A DNA stretch of 64,000 bases from Auanema rhodensis (taxonomy: Eukaryota > Animalia > Nematoda): NCBI GenBank assembly GCA_964057225.1, contig OZ059896.1, forward strand, positions 23,188,001-23,252,000. The letters are read 5' to 3'. Position 1 is the first letter of the stretch; every line of letters begins with the position of its first letter. The notes under the pieces are model-generated. The model had not been told where the DNA came from. It did no database searches and was given only the letters and a program-made list of their open reading frames with translations. A program made the translations under genes and the position numbers. Shown in pieces: positions 1 to 13,000 of the stretch.

Positions 1-3000
1 GAACTTTAATTTATGCTAATTAAATGTACACGTGATGTGCACTTGGTATGTAACTCGCTTCACGTGAAAGATAAAGAAATGCGGTTTTCAAAATTAGATT
101 CCCCATGTCCATATTAGTCTAAAAACAAATTTTTATTGATATTGGTTCATGGTAACCATGACTTTGAAATTTACGTGAACTTTAATTTATGCTAATTAAA
201 TGTACACGTGATGTGCACTTGGTATGTAACTCGCTTCACGTGAAAGATAAAGAGATGCGGTTTTCAAAATTAGATTCCCCATGTCCATATTAGTCTAAAA
301 ACAAATTTTTATTGATATTGGTTCATGGTAACCATGACTTTGAAATTTACGTGAACTTTAATTTATGCTAATTAAATGTACACGTGATGTGCACTTGGTA
401 TGTAACTCGCTTCACGTGAAAGATAAAGAGATGCGGTTTTTAAAATTAGATTCCCCATGTACATATTAGTCTAAAAACAAATTTTTATTGATATTGGTTC
501 ATGGTAACCATGACTTTGAAATTTACGTGAACTTTAATTTATGCTAATTAAATGTACACGTGATGTGCACTTGGTATGTAACTCGCTTCACGTGAAAGAT
601 AAAGAGATGCGGTTTTCAAAATTAGATTCCCCGTGTCCATGTTAGTCTAAAAACAAATTTTTATTGATATTGGTGCATGGTAACCATGACTTTGAAATTT
701 ACGTGAACTTTAATTTATGCTAATTAAATGTACACGTAATGTGCACTTGGTATGTAACTCGCTTCACGTGAAAGATAAAGAGATGCGGTTTTCAAAATTT
801 GATTCCCCATGTCCATATTAGTCTAAAAACAAATTTTCATTGATATTGGTTCATGGTAACCATGACTTTGAAATTTACGTGAATTTTAATTTATGCTAAT
901 TAAATGTACACGTGATGTGCACTTGGTATGTAACTCGCTTCACGTGAAAGATAAAGAGATGCGGTTTTCAAAATTAGATTCCCCATGTCCATATTAGTCT
1001 AAAAACAAATTTTAATTGATATTGGTGCATGGTAACCATGACTTTGAAATTTACGTGAACTTTAATTTATGCTAATTAAATGTACACGTGATGTGCACTT
1101 GGTATGTAACTCGCTTCACGTGAAAGATAAAGAGATGCGGTTTTCAAAATTAGATTCCCCATGTCCATATTAGTCTAAAAACAAATTTTTATTGATATTG
1201 GTGCATGGTAACCATGACTTTGAAATTTACGTGAACTTTAATTTATGCTAATTAAATGTACACGTGATGTGCACTTGGTATGTAACTCGCTTCACGTGAA
1301 AGATAAAGAGATGCGGTTTTCAAAATTAGATTCCCCATGTCCATATTAGTCTAAAAACAAATTTTTATTGATATTGGTTCATGGTAACCATGAGTTTGAA
1401 ATTTACGTGAACTTTAATTTATGCTAATTAAATGTACACGTGATGTGCACTTGGTATGTAACTCGCTTCACGTGAAAGATAAAAAGATGCGGTTTTCAAA
1501 ATTAGATTCCCCATGTCCATATTAGTCTAAAAACAAATTTTTATTGATATTGGTTCATGGTAACCATGACTTTGAAATTTACGTGAACTTTAATTTATGC
1601 TAATTAAATGTACACGTGATGTGCACTTGGTATGTAACTCGCTTCACGTGAAAGATAAAGAGATGCGGTTTTCAAAATTAGATTCCCCATGTCCATATTA
1701 GTCTAAAAACAAATTTTTATTGATATTGGTGCATGGTAACCATGACTTTGAAATTTACGTGAACTTTAATTTATGCTAATTAAATGTACACGTGATGTGC
1801 ACTTGGTATGTAACTCGCTTCACGTGAAAGATAAAGTGATGCGAATTTCAAAATTAGATTCCCCATGTCCATATTAGTCTAAAAACAAATTTTTATTGAT
1901 ATTGGTTCATGGTAACCATGACTTTGAAATTTACGTGAACTTTAATTTATGCTAATTAAATGTACACGTGATGTGCACTTGGTATGTAACTCGCTTCACG
2001 TGAAAGATAAAGAGATGCGGTTTTCAAAATTAGATTCCCCATGTCCATATTAGTCTAAAAACAAATTTTTATTGATATTGGTGCATGGTAACCATGACTT
2101 TGAAATTTACGTGAACTTTAATTTATGCTAATTAAATGTACACGTGATGTGCACTTGGTATGTAACTCGCTTCACGTGAAAGATAAAGAGATGCGGTTTT
2201 CAAAATTAGATTCCCCATGTCCATATTAGTCTAAAAACAAATTTTTATTGATATTGGTTCATGGTAACCATGACTTTGAAATTTACGTGAACTTTAATTT
2301 ATGCTAATTAAATGTACACGTGATGTGCACTTGGTATGTAACTCGCTTCACGTGAAAGATAAAGAGATGCGGTTTTCAAAATTAGATTCCCCATGTCCAT
2401 ATTAGTCTAAAAACAAATTTTTATTGATATTGGTTCATGGTAACCATGACTTTGAAATTTACGTGAACTTTAATTTATGCTAATTAAATGTACACGTGAT
2501 GTGCACTTGGTATGTAACTCGCTTCACGTGAAAGATAAAGAGATGCGGTTTTCAAAATTAGATTCCCCATGTCCATATTAGTCTAAAAACAAATTTTTAT
2601 TGATATTGGTGCATGGTAACCATGACTTTGAAATTTACGTGAACTTTAATTTATGCTAATTAAATGTACACGTGATGTGCACTTGGTATGTAACTCGCTT
2701 CATGTAAAAGATAAAGAGATGCGGTCTTCAAAATTAGATTCCCCATGTCCATATTAGTCTAAAAACAAATTTTTATTGATATTGGTTCATGGTAACCATG
2801 ATTTTGAAATTTACGTGAACTTTAATTTATGCTAATTAAATGTACACGTGATGTGCACTTGGTATGTAACTCGCTTCACGTGAAAGATAAAGAAATGCGG
2901 TTTTCAAAATTAGATTCCCCATGTCCATTTTAGTCTAAAAACAAATTTTTATTGATATTGGTTCATGGTAACCATGACTTTGAAATTTACGTGAACTTTA

Positions 3001-4048
3001 ATTTATGCTAATTAAATGTACACGTGATGTGCACTTGGTATGTAACTCGCTTCACGTGAAAGATAAAGAGATGCGGTTTTCAAAATTAGATTCCTCATGT
3101 TTATATTAGTCTAAAAACAAATTTTTATTGATATTGGTTCATGGTAACCATGTCTTTGAAATTTACGTGAACTTTAATTTATGCTAATTAAATGTACACG
3201 TGATGTGCACTTGGTATGTAACTCGCTTCACGTGAAAGATAAAGAGATGCGGTTTTCAAAATTAGATTCCCCATGTCCATATTAGTCTAAAAACAAATTT
3301 TTATTGATATTGGTTCATGGTAACCATGACTTTGAAATTTACGTGAACTTTAATTTATGCTAATTAAATGTACACGTGATGTGCACTTGGTATGTAACTC
3401 GCTTCACGTGAAAGATAAAGAGATGCGGTTTTCAAAATTAGATTCCCCATGTCCATATTAGTCTAAAAACAAATTTTTATTAATATTGGTTCATGGTAAC
3501 CATGTCTTTGAAATTTACGTGAACTTTAATTTATGCTAATTAAATGTACACGTGATGTGCACTTGGTATGTAACTCGCTTCACGTGAAAGATAAAGAGAT
3601 GCGGTTTTCAAAATTAGATTCCCCATGTCCATATTAGTCTAAAAACAAATTTTTATTAATATTGGTTCATGGTAACCATGTCTTTGAAATTTACGTGAAC
3701 TTTAATTTATGCTAATTAAATGTACACGTGATGTGCACTTGGTATGTAACTCGCTTCACGTGAAAGATAAAGAGATGCGGTTTTCAAAATTAGATTCCCC
3801 ATGTCCATATTAGTCTAAAAACAAATTTTTATTGATATTGGTTCATGGTAACCATGACTTTGAAATTTACGTGAACTTTAATTTATGCTAATTAAATGTA
3901 CACGTGATGTGCACTTGGTATGTAACTCGCTTCACGTGAAAGATAAAGAGATGTGGTTTTCAAAATTAGATTTCCCATGTCCATATTAGTCTAAAAACAA
4001 ATTTTTATTGATATTGGTTCATGGTAACCATGACTTTGAAATTTACGT

Positions 4049-7000
4049 GAACTTTAATTTATGCTAATTAAATGTACACGTGATGTGCACTTGGTATGTA
4101 ACTCGCTTCACGTGAAAGATAAAGAGATGTGGTTTTCAAAATTAGATTTCCCATGTCCATATTAGTCTAAAAACAAATTTTTATTGATATTGGTTTATGG
4201 TAACCATGACTTTGAAATTTACGTGAACTTTAATTTATGCTAATTAAATGTACACGTGATGTGCACTTGGTATGTAACTCGCTTCACGTGAAAGATAAAG
4301 AGATGCGGTTTTCAAAATTAGATTCCCCATTTCCATATTAGTCTAAAAACAAATTTTTATCGATATTGGTTCATGGTAACCATGATTTTGAAATTTACGT
4401 GAACTTTAATTTATGCTAATTAAATGTACACGTGATGTGCACTTGGTATGTAACTCGCTTCACGTGAAAGATAAAGAGATGCGGTTTTCAAAATTAGATT
4501 CCCCAAGTCCATATTAGTCTAAAAACAAATTTTTATTAATATTGGTTCATGGTAACCATGTCTTTGAAATTTACGTGAACTTTAATTTATTCTAATTAAA
4601 TGTACACGTGATGTGCACTTGGTATGTAACTCGCTTCACGTGAAAGATAAAGAGATGCGGTTTTCAAAATTAGATTTCCCATGTCCATATTAGTCTAAAA
4701 ACAAATTTTTATTGATATTGGTTCATGGTAACCATGACTTTGAAATTTACGTGAACTTTAATTTATGCTAATTAAATGTACACGTGATGTGCACTTGGTA
4801 TGTAACTCGCTTCACGTGAAAGATAAAGAGATGCGATTTTCAAAATTAGATTTCCCATGTCCATATTAGTCTAAAAACAAATTTTTATTGATATTGGTTC
4901 ATGGTAACCATGACTTTGAAATTTACGTGAACTTTAATTTATGCTAATTAAATGTACACGTGATGTGCACTTGGTATGTAACTCGCTTCACGTGAAAGAT
5001 AAAGAGATGCGATTTTCAAAATTAGATTTCCCATGTCCATATTAGTCTAAAAACAAATTTTTATTGATATTGGTTCATGGTAACCATGACTTTGAAATTT
5101 ACGTGAACTTTAATTTATGCTAATTAAATGTACACGTGATGTGCACTTGGTATGTAACTCGCTTCACGTGAAAGATAAAGAGATGCGGTTTTCAAAATTA
5201 GATTCCCCATTTCCATATTAGTCTAAAAACAAATTTTTATTGATATTGGTTCATGGTAACCATGATTTTGAAATTTACGTGAACTTTAATTTATGCTAAT
5301 TAAATGTACACGTGATGTGCACTTGGTATGTAACTCGCTTCACGTGAAAGATAAAGAAATGCGGTTTTCAAAATTAGATTCCCCATGTCCATATTAGTCT
5401 AAAAACAAATTTTTATTGATATTGGTTCATGGTAACCATGACTTTGAAATTTACGTGAACTTTAATTTATGCTAATTAAATGTACACGTGATGTGCACTT
5501 GGTATGTAACTCGCTTCACGTGAAAGATAAAGAGATGCGGTTTTCAAAATTAGATTCCCCATGTCCATATTAGTCTAAAAACAAATTTTTATTGATATTG
5601 GTTCATGGTAACCATGACTTTGAAATTTACGTGAACTTTAATTTATGCTAATTAAATGTACACGTGATGTGCACTTGGTATGTAACTCGCTTCACGTGAA
5701 AGATGAAGAGATGCGGTTTTCAAAATTAAATTCCCCATGTCCATATTAGTCTAAAAACAAATGTTTATTGATATTGGTTCATGGTAACCATGACTTTGAA
5801 ATTTACGTGAACTTTAATTTATGCTAATTAAATGTACACGTGATGTGCACTTGGTATGTAACTCGCTTCACGTGAAAGATAAAGAGATGCGGTTTTCAAA
5901 ATTAGATTCCCCATGTCCATATTAGTCTAAAAACAAATTTTTATTGATATTGGTTCATGGTAACCATGACTTTGAAATTTACGTGAACTTTAAGTTATGC
6001 TAATTAAATGTACACGTGATGTGCACTCGGTACGTAACTCGCTTCACGTGAAAGATAAAGAGATGCGGTTTTCAAAATTAGATTCCCCATGTCCATATTA
6101 GTCTAAAAACAAATTTTTATTGATATTGGTTCATGGTAACCATGACTTTGAAATTTACGTGAACTTTAATTTATGCTAATTAAATGTACACGTGATGTGC
6201 ACTTGGTATGTAACTCGCTTCACGTGAAAGATAAAGAGATGCGGTTTTCAAAATTAGATTCCCCATGTCCATATTAGTCTAAAAACAAATTTTTATTAAT
6301 ATTGGTTCATGGTAACCATGTCTTTGAAATTTACGTGAACTTTAATTTATGCTAATTAAATGTACACGTGATGTGCACTTGGTATGTAACTCGCTTCACG
6401 TGAAAGATAAAGAGATGCGGTTTTCAAAATTAGATTCCCCATGTCCATATTAGTCTAAAAACAAATTTTTATTAATATTGGTTCATGGTAACCATGACTT
6501 TGAAATTTACGTGAACTTTAATTTATGCTAATTAAATGTACACGTGATGTGCACTTGGTATGTAACTCGCTTCACGTGAAAGATAAAGAGATGCGGTTTT
6601 CAAAATTAGATTCCCCATGTCCATATTAGTCTAAAAACAAATTTTTATTAATATTGGTTCATGGTAACCATGTCTTTGAAATTTACGTGAACTTTAATTT
6701 ATGCTAATTAAATGTACACGTGATGTGCACTTGGTATGTAACTCGCTTCACGTGAAAGATAAAGAGATGCGGTTTTCAAAATTAGATTCCCCATGTCCAT
6801 ATTAGTCTAAAAACAAATTTTTATTAATATTGGTTCATGGTAACCATGACTTTGAAATTTACGTGAACTTTAATTTATGCTAATTAAATGTACACGTGAT
6901 GTGCACTTGGTATGTAACTCGCTTCACGTGAAAGATAAAGAGATGCGGTTTTCAAAATTAGATTCCCCATGTCCATATTAGTCTAAAAACAAATTTTTAT

Positions 7001-10000
7001 TAATATTGGTTCATGGTAACCATGTCTTTGAAATTTACGTGAACTTTAATTTATGCTAATTAAATGTACACGTGATGTGCACTTGGTATGTAACTCGCTT
7101 CACGTGAAAGATAAAGAGATGCGGTTTTCAAAATTAGATTCCCCATGTCCATATTAGTCTAAAAACAAATTTTTATTAATATTGGTTCATGGTAACCATG
7201 TCTTTGAAATTTACGTGAACTTTAATTTATGCTAATTAAATGTACACGTGATGTGCACTTGGTATGTAACTCGCTTCACGTGAAAGATAAAGAGATGCGG
7301 TTTTCAAAATTAGATTCCCCATGTCCATATTAGTCTAAAAACAAATTTTTATTAATATTGGTTCATGGTAACCATGTCTTTGAAATTTACGTGAACATTA
7401 ATTTATGCTAATTAAATGTACACGTGATGTGCACTTGGTATGTAACTCGCTTCACGTGAAAGATAAAGAGATGCGGTTTTCAAAATTAGATTCCCCATGT
7501 CCATATTAGTCTAAAAACAAATTTTTATTAATATTGGTTCATGGTAACCATGTCTTTGAAATTTACGTGAACTTTAATTTATGCTAATTAAATGTACACG
7601 TGATGTGCACTTGGTATGTAACTCGCTTCACGTGAAAGATAAAGAGATGCGGTTTTCAAAATTAGATTCCCCATGTCCATATTAGTCTAAAAACAAATTT
7701 TTATTAATATTGGTTCATGGTAACCATGTCTTTGAAATTTACGTGAACTTTAATTTATGCTAATTAAATGTACACGTGATGTGCACTTGGTATGTAACTC
7801 GCTTCACGTGAAAGATAAAGCGATGCGGTTTTCAAAATTAGATTCCCCATGTCCATATTAGTCTAAAAACAAATTTTTATTAATATTGGTTCATGGTAAC
7901 CATGTCTTTGAAATTTACGTGAACTTTAATTTATGCTAATTAAATGTACACGTGATGTGCACTTGGTATGTAACTCGCTTCACGTGAAAGATAAAGAGAT
8001 GCGGTTTTCAAAATTAGATTCCCCATGTCCATATTAGTCTAAAAACAAATTTTCATTAATATTGGTTCATGGTAACCATGTCTTTGAAATTTACGTGAAC
8101 TTTAATTTATGCTAATTAAATGTACACGTGATGTGCACTTGGTATGTAACTCGCTTCACGTGAAAGATAAAGAAATGCGGTTTTCAAAATTAGATTCCCC
8201 ATGTCCATATTAGTCTAAAAACAAATTTTTATTAATATTGGTTCATGGTAACCATGTCTTTGAAATTTACGTGAACTTTAATTTATGCTAATTAAATGTA
8301 CACGTGATGTGCACTTGGTATGTAACTCGCTTCACGTGAAAGATAAAGAGATGCGGTTTTCAAAATTAGATTCCCCATGTCCATATTAGTCTAAAAACAA
8401 ATTTTTATTAATATTGGTTCATGGTAACCATGTCTTTGAAATTTACGTGAACTTTAATTTATGCTAATTAAATGTACACGTGATGTGCACTTGGTATGTA
8501 ACTCGCTTCACGTGAAAGATAAAGAGATGCGGTTTTCAAAATTAGATTCCCCATGTCCATATTAGTCTAAAAACAAATTTTTATTAATATTGGTTCATGG
8601 TAACCATGTCTTTGAAATTTACGTGAACTTTAATTTATGCTAATTAAATGTACACGTGATGTGCACTTGGTATGTAACTCGCTTCACGTGAAAGATAAAG
8701 AGATGCGGTTTTCAAAATTAGATTCCCCATGTCCATATTAGTCTAAAAACAAATTTTTATTAATATTGGTTTATGGTAACCATGTCTTTGAAATTTACGT
8801 GAACTTTAATTTATGCTAATTAAATGTACACGTGATGTGCACTTGGTATGTAACTCGCTTCACGTGAAAGATAAAGAGATGCGGTTTTCAAAATTAGATT
8901 CCCCATGTCCATATTAGTCTAAAAACAAATTTTCATTAATATTGGTTCATGGTAACCATGTCTTTGAAATTTACGTGAACTTTAATTTATGCTAATTAAA
9001 TGTACACGTGATGTGCACTTGGTATGTAACTCGCTTCACGTGAAAGATAAAGAAATGCGGTTTTCAAAATTAGATTCCCCATGTCCATATTAGTCTAAAA
9101 ACAAATTTTTATTAATATTGGTTCATGGTAACCATGTCTTTGAAATTTACGTGAACTTTAATTTATGCTAATTAAATGTACACGTGATGTGCACTTGGTA
9201 TGTAACTCGCTTCACGTGAAAGATAAAGAGATGCGGTTTTCAAAATTAGATTCCCCATGTCCATATTAGTCTAAAAACAAATTTTTATTAATATTGGTTC
9301 ATGGTAACCATGTCTTTGAAATTTACGTGAACTTTAATTTATGCTAATTAAATGTACACGTGATGTGCACTTGGTATGTAACTCGCTTCACGTGAAAGAT
9401 AAAGAGATGCGGTTTTCAAAATTAGATTCCCCATGTCCATATTAGTCTAAAAACAAATTTTTATTAATATTGGTTCATGGTAACCATGTCTTTGAAATTT
9501 ACGTGAACTTTAATTTATGCTAATTAAATGTACACGTGATGTGCACTTGGTATGTAACTCGCTTCACGTGAAAGATAAAGAGATGCGGTTTTCAAAATTA
9601 GATTCCCCATGTCCATATTAGTCTAAAAACAAATTTTTATTAATATTGGTTTATGGTAACCATGTCTTTGAAATTTACGTGAACTTTAATTTATGCTAAT
9701 TAAATGTACACGTGATGTGCACTTGGTATGTAACTCGCTTCACGTGAAAGATAAAGAGATGCGGTTTTCAAAATTAGATTCCCCATGTCCATATTAGTCT
9801 AAAAACAAATTTTTATTAATATTGGTTCATGGTAACCATGTCTTTGAAATTTACGTGAACTTTAATTTATGCTAATTAAATGTACACGTGATGTGCACTT
9901 GGTATGTAACTCGCTTCACGTGAAAGATAAAGAGATGCGGTTTTCAAAATTAGATTCCCCATGTCCATATTAGTCTAAAAACAAATTTTTATTAATATTG

Positions 10001-13000
10001 GTTCATGGTAACCATGTCTTTGAAATTTACGTGAACTTTAATTTATGCTAATTAAATGTACACGTGATGTGCACTTGGTATGTAACTCGCTTCACGTGAA
10101 AGATAAAGAGATGCGGTTTTCAAAATTAGATTCCCCATGTCCATATTAGTCTAAAAACAAATTTTTATTAATATTGGTTCATGGTAACCATGTCTTTGAA
10201 ATTTACGTGAACTTTAATTTATGCTAATTGAATGTACACGTGATGTGCACTTGGTATGTAACTCGCTTCACGTGAAAGATAAAGAGATGCGGTTTTCAAA
10301 ATTAGATTCCCCATGTCCATATTAGTATAAAAATAAATTTTTATTGATATTGGTTCATGGTAACCATGACTTTGAAATTTACGTGAACTTTAATTTATGC
10401 TAATTAAATGTACACGTGATGTGCACTTGGTATGTAACTCGCTTCACGTGAAAGATAAAGAGATGCGGTTTTCAAAATTAGATTCCCCATGTCCATATTA
10501 GTATAAAAATAAATTTTTATTGATATTGGTTCATGGTAACCATGACTTTGAAATTTACGTGAACTTTAATTTATGCTAATTAAATGTACACGTGATGTGC
10601 ACTTGGTATGTAACTCGCTTCACGTGAAAGATAAAGAGATGCGGTTTTCACAATTAGATTCCCCATGTCCATATTAGTCTAAAAACAAATTTTTATTAAT
10701 ATTGGTTCATGGTAACCATGTCTTTGAAATTTACGTGAACTTTAATTTATGCTAATTAAATGTACACGTGATGTGCACTTGGTATGTAACTCGCTTCACG
10801 TGAAAGATAAAGAGATGCGGTTTTCAAAATTAGATTCCCCATGTCCATATTAGTCTAAAAACAAATTTTTATTGATATTGGTTCATGGTAACCATGACTT
10901 TGATATTTACGTGAACTTTAATTTATGCTAATTAAATGTACACGTGATGTGCACTTGGTATGTAACTCGCTTCACGTGAAAGATAAAGAGATGCGGTTTT
11001 CAAAATTAGATTCCCCATGTCCATATTAGTCTAAAAACAAATTTTTATTGATATTGGTGCATGGTAACCATGACTTTGAAATTTACGTGAACTTTAATTT
11101 ATGCTAATTAAATGTACACGTGATGTGCACTTGGTATGTAACTCGCTTCACGTGAAAGATAAAGAGATGCGGTTTTCAAAATTAGATTCCCCATGTCCAT
11201 ATTAGTCTAAAAACAAATTTTTATTGATATTGGTTCATGGTAACCATGACTTTGAAATTTACGTGAACTTTAATTTATGCTAATTAAATGTACACGTGAT
11301 GTGCACTTGGTATGTAACTCGCTTCACGTGAAAGATAAAGAGATGTGGTTTTCAAAATTAGATTTCCCATGTCCATATTAGTCTAAAAACAAATTTTTAT
11401 TGATATTGGTTCATGGTAACCATGACTTTGAAATTTACGTGAACTTTAATTTATGCTAATTAAATGTACACGTGATGTGCACTTGGTATGTAACTCGCTT
11501 CACGTGAAAGATAAAGAGATGCGGTTTTCAAAATTAGATTCCCCATTTCCATATTAGTCTAAAAACAAATTTTTATCGATATTGGTTCATGGTAACCATG
11601 ATTTTGAAATTTACGTGAACTTTAATTTATGCTAATTAAATGTACACGTGATGTGCACTTGGTATGTAACTCGCTTCACGTGAAAGATAAAGAGATGCGG
11701 TTTTCAAAATTAGATTCCCCATGTCCATATTAGTCTAAAAACAAATTTTTATTAATATTGGTTCATGGTAACCATGTCTTTGAAATTTACGTGAACTTTA
11801 ATTTATTCTAATTAAATGTACACGTGATGTGCACTTGGTATGTAACTCGCTTCACGTGAAAGATAAAGAGATGCGGTTTTCAAAATTAGATTTCCCATGT
11901 CCATATTAGTCTAAAAACAAATTTTTATTGATATTGGTTCATGGTAACCATGACTTTGAAATTTACGTGAACTTTAATTTATGCTAATTAAATGTACACG
12001 TGATGTGCACTTGGTATGTAACTCGCTTCACGTGAAAGATAAAGAGATGCGATTTTCAAAATTAGATTTCCCATGTCCATATTAGTCTAAAAACAAATTT
12101 TTATTGATATTGGTTCATGGTAAGCATGACTTTGAAATTTACGTGAACTTTAATTTATGCTAATTAAATGTACACGTGATGTGCACTTGGTATGTAACTC
12201 GCTTCACGTGAAAGATAAAGAGATGCGATTTTCAAAATTAGATTTCCCATGTCCATATTAGTCTAAAAACAAATTTTTATTGATATTGGTTCATGGTAAC
12301 CATGACTTTGAAATTTACGTGAACTTTAATTTATGCTAATTAAATGTACACGTGATGTGCACTTGGTATGTAACTCGCTTCACGTGAAAGATAAAGAGAT
12401 GCGGTTTTCAAAATTAGATTCCCCATTTCCATATTAGTCTAAAAACAAATTTTTATTGATATTGGTTCATGGTAACCATGATTTTGAAATTTACGTGAAC
12501 TTTAATTTATGCTAATTAAATGTACACGTGATGTGCACTTGGTATGTAACTCGCTTCACGTGAAAGATAAAGAAATGCGGTTTTCAAAATTAGATTCCCC
12601 ATGTCCATATTAGTCTAAAAACAAATTTTTATTGATATTGGTTCATGGTAACCATGACTTTGAAATTTACGTGAACTTTAATTTATGCTAATTAAATGTA
12701 CACGTGATGTGCACTTGGTATGTAACTCGCTTCACGTGAAAGATAAAGAGATGCGGTTTTCAAAATTAGATTCCCCATGTCCATATTAGTCTAAAAACAA
12801 ATTTTTATTGATATTGGTTCATGGTAACCATGACTTTGAAATTTACGTGAACTTTAATTTATGCTAATTAAATGTACACGTGATGTGCACTTGGTATGTA
12901 ACTCGCTTCACGTGAAAGATAAAGAGATGCGGTTTTCAAAATTAAATTCCCCATGTCCATATTAGTCTAAAAACAAATTTTTATTGATATTGGTTCATGG

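Noticed and set aside
1-176. Identity with a named satellite (e.g. Brassica 176-bp CentBr, alpha satellite), a 5S/SL RNA gene array or telomeric repeat
   Set aside because: Only the length is similar. I recognise no sequence match, CENP-B box, RNA gene or telomeric motif, and a CR1/L2-like LINE argues against a plant source.
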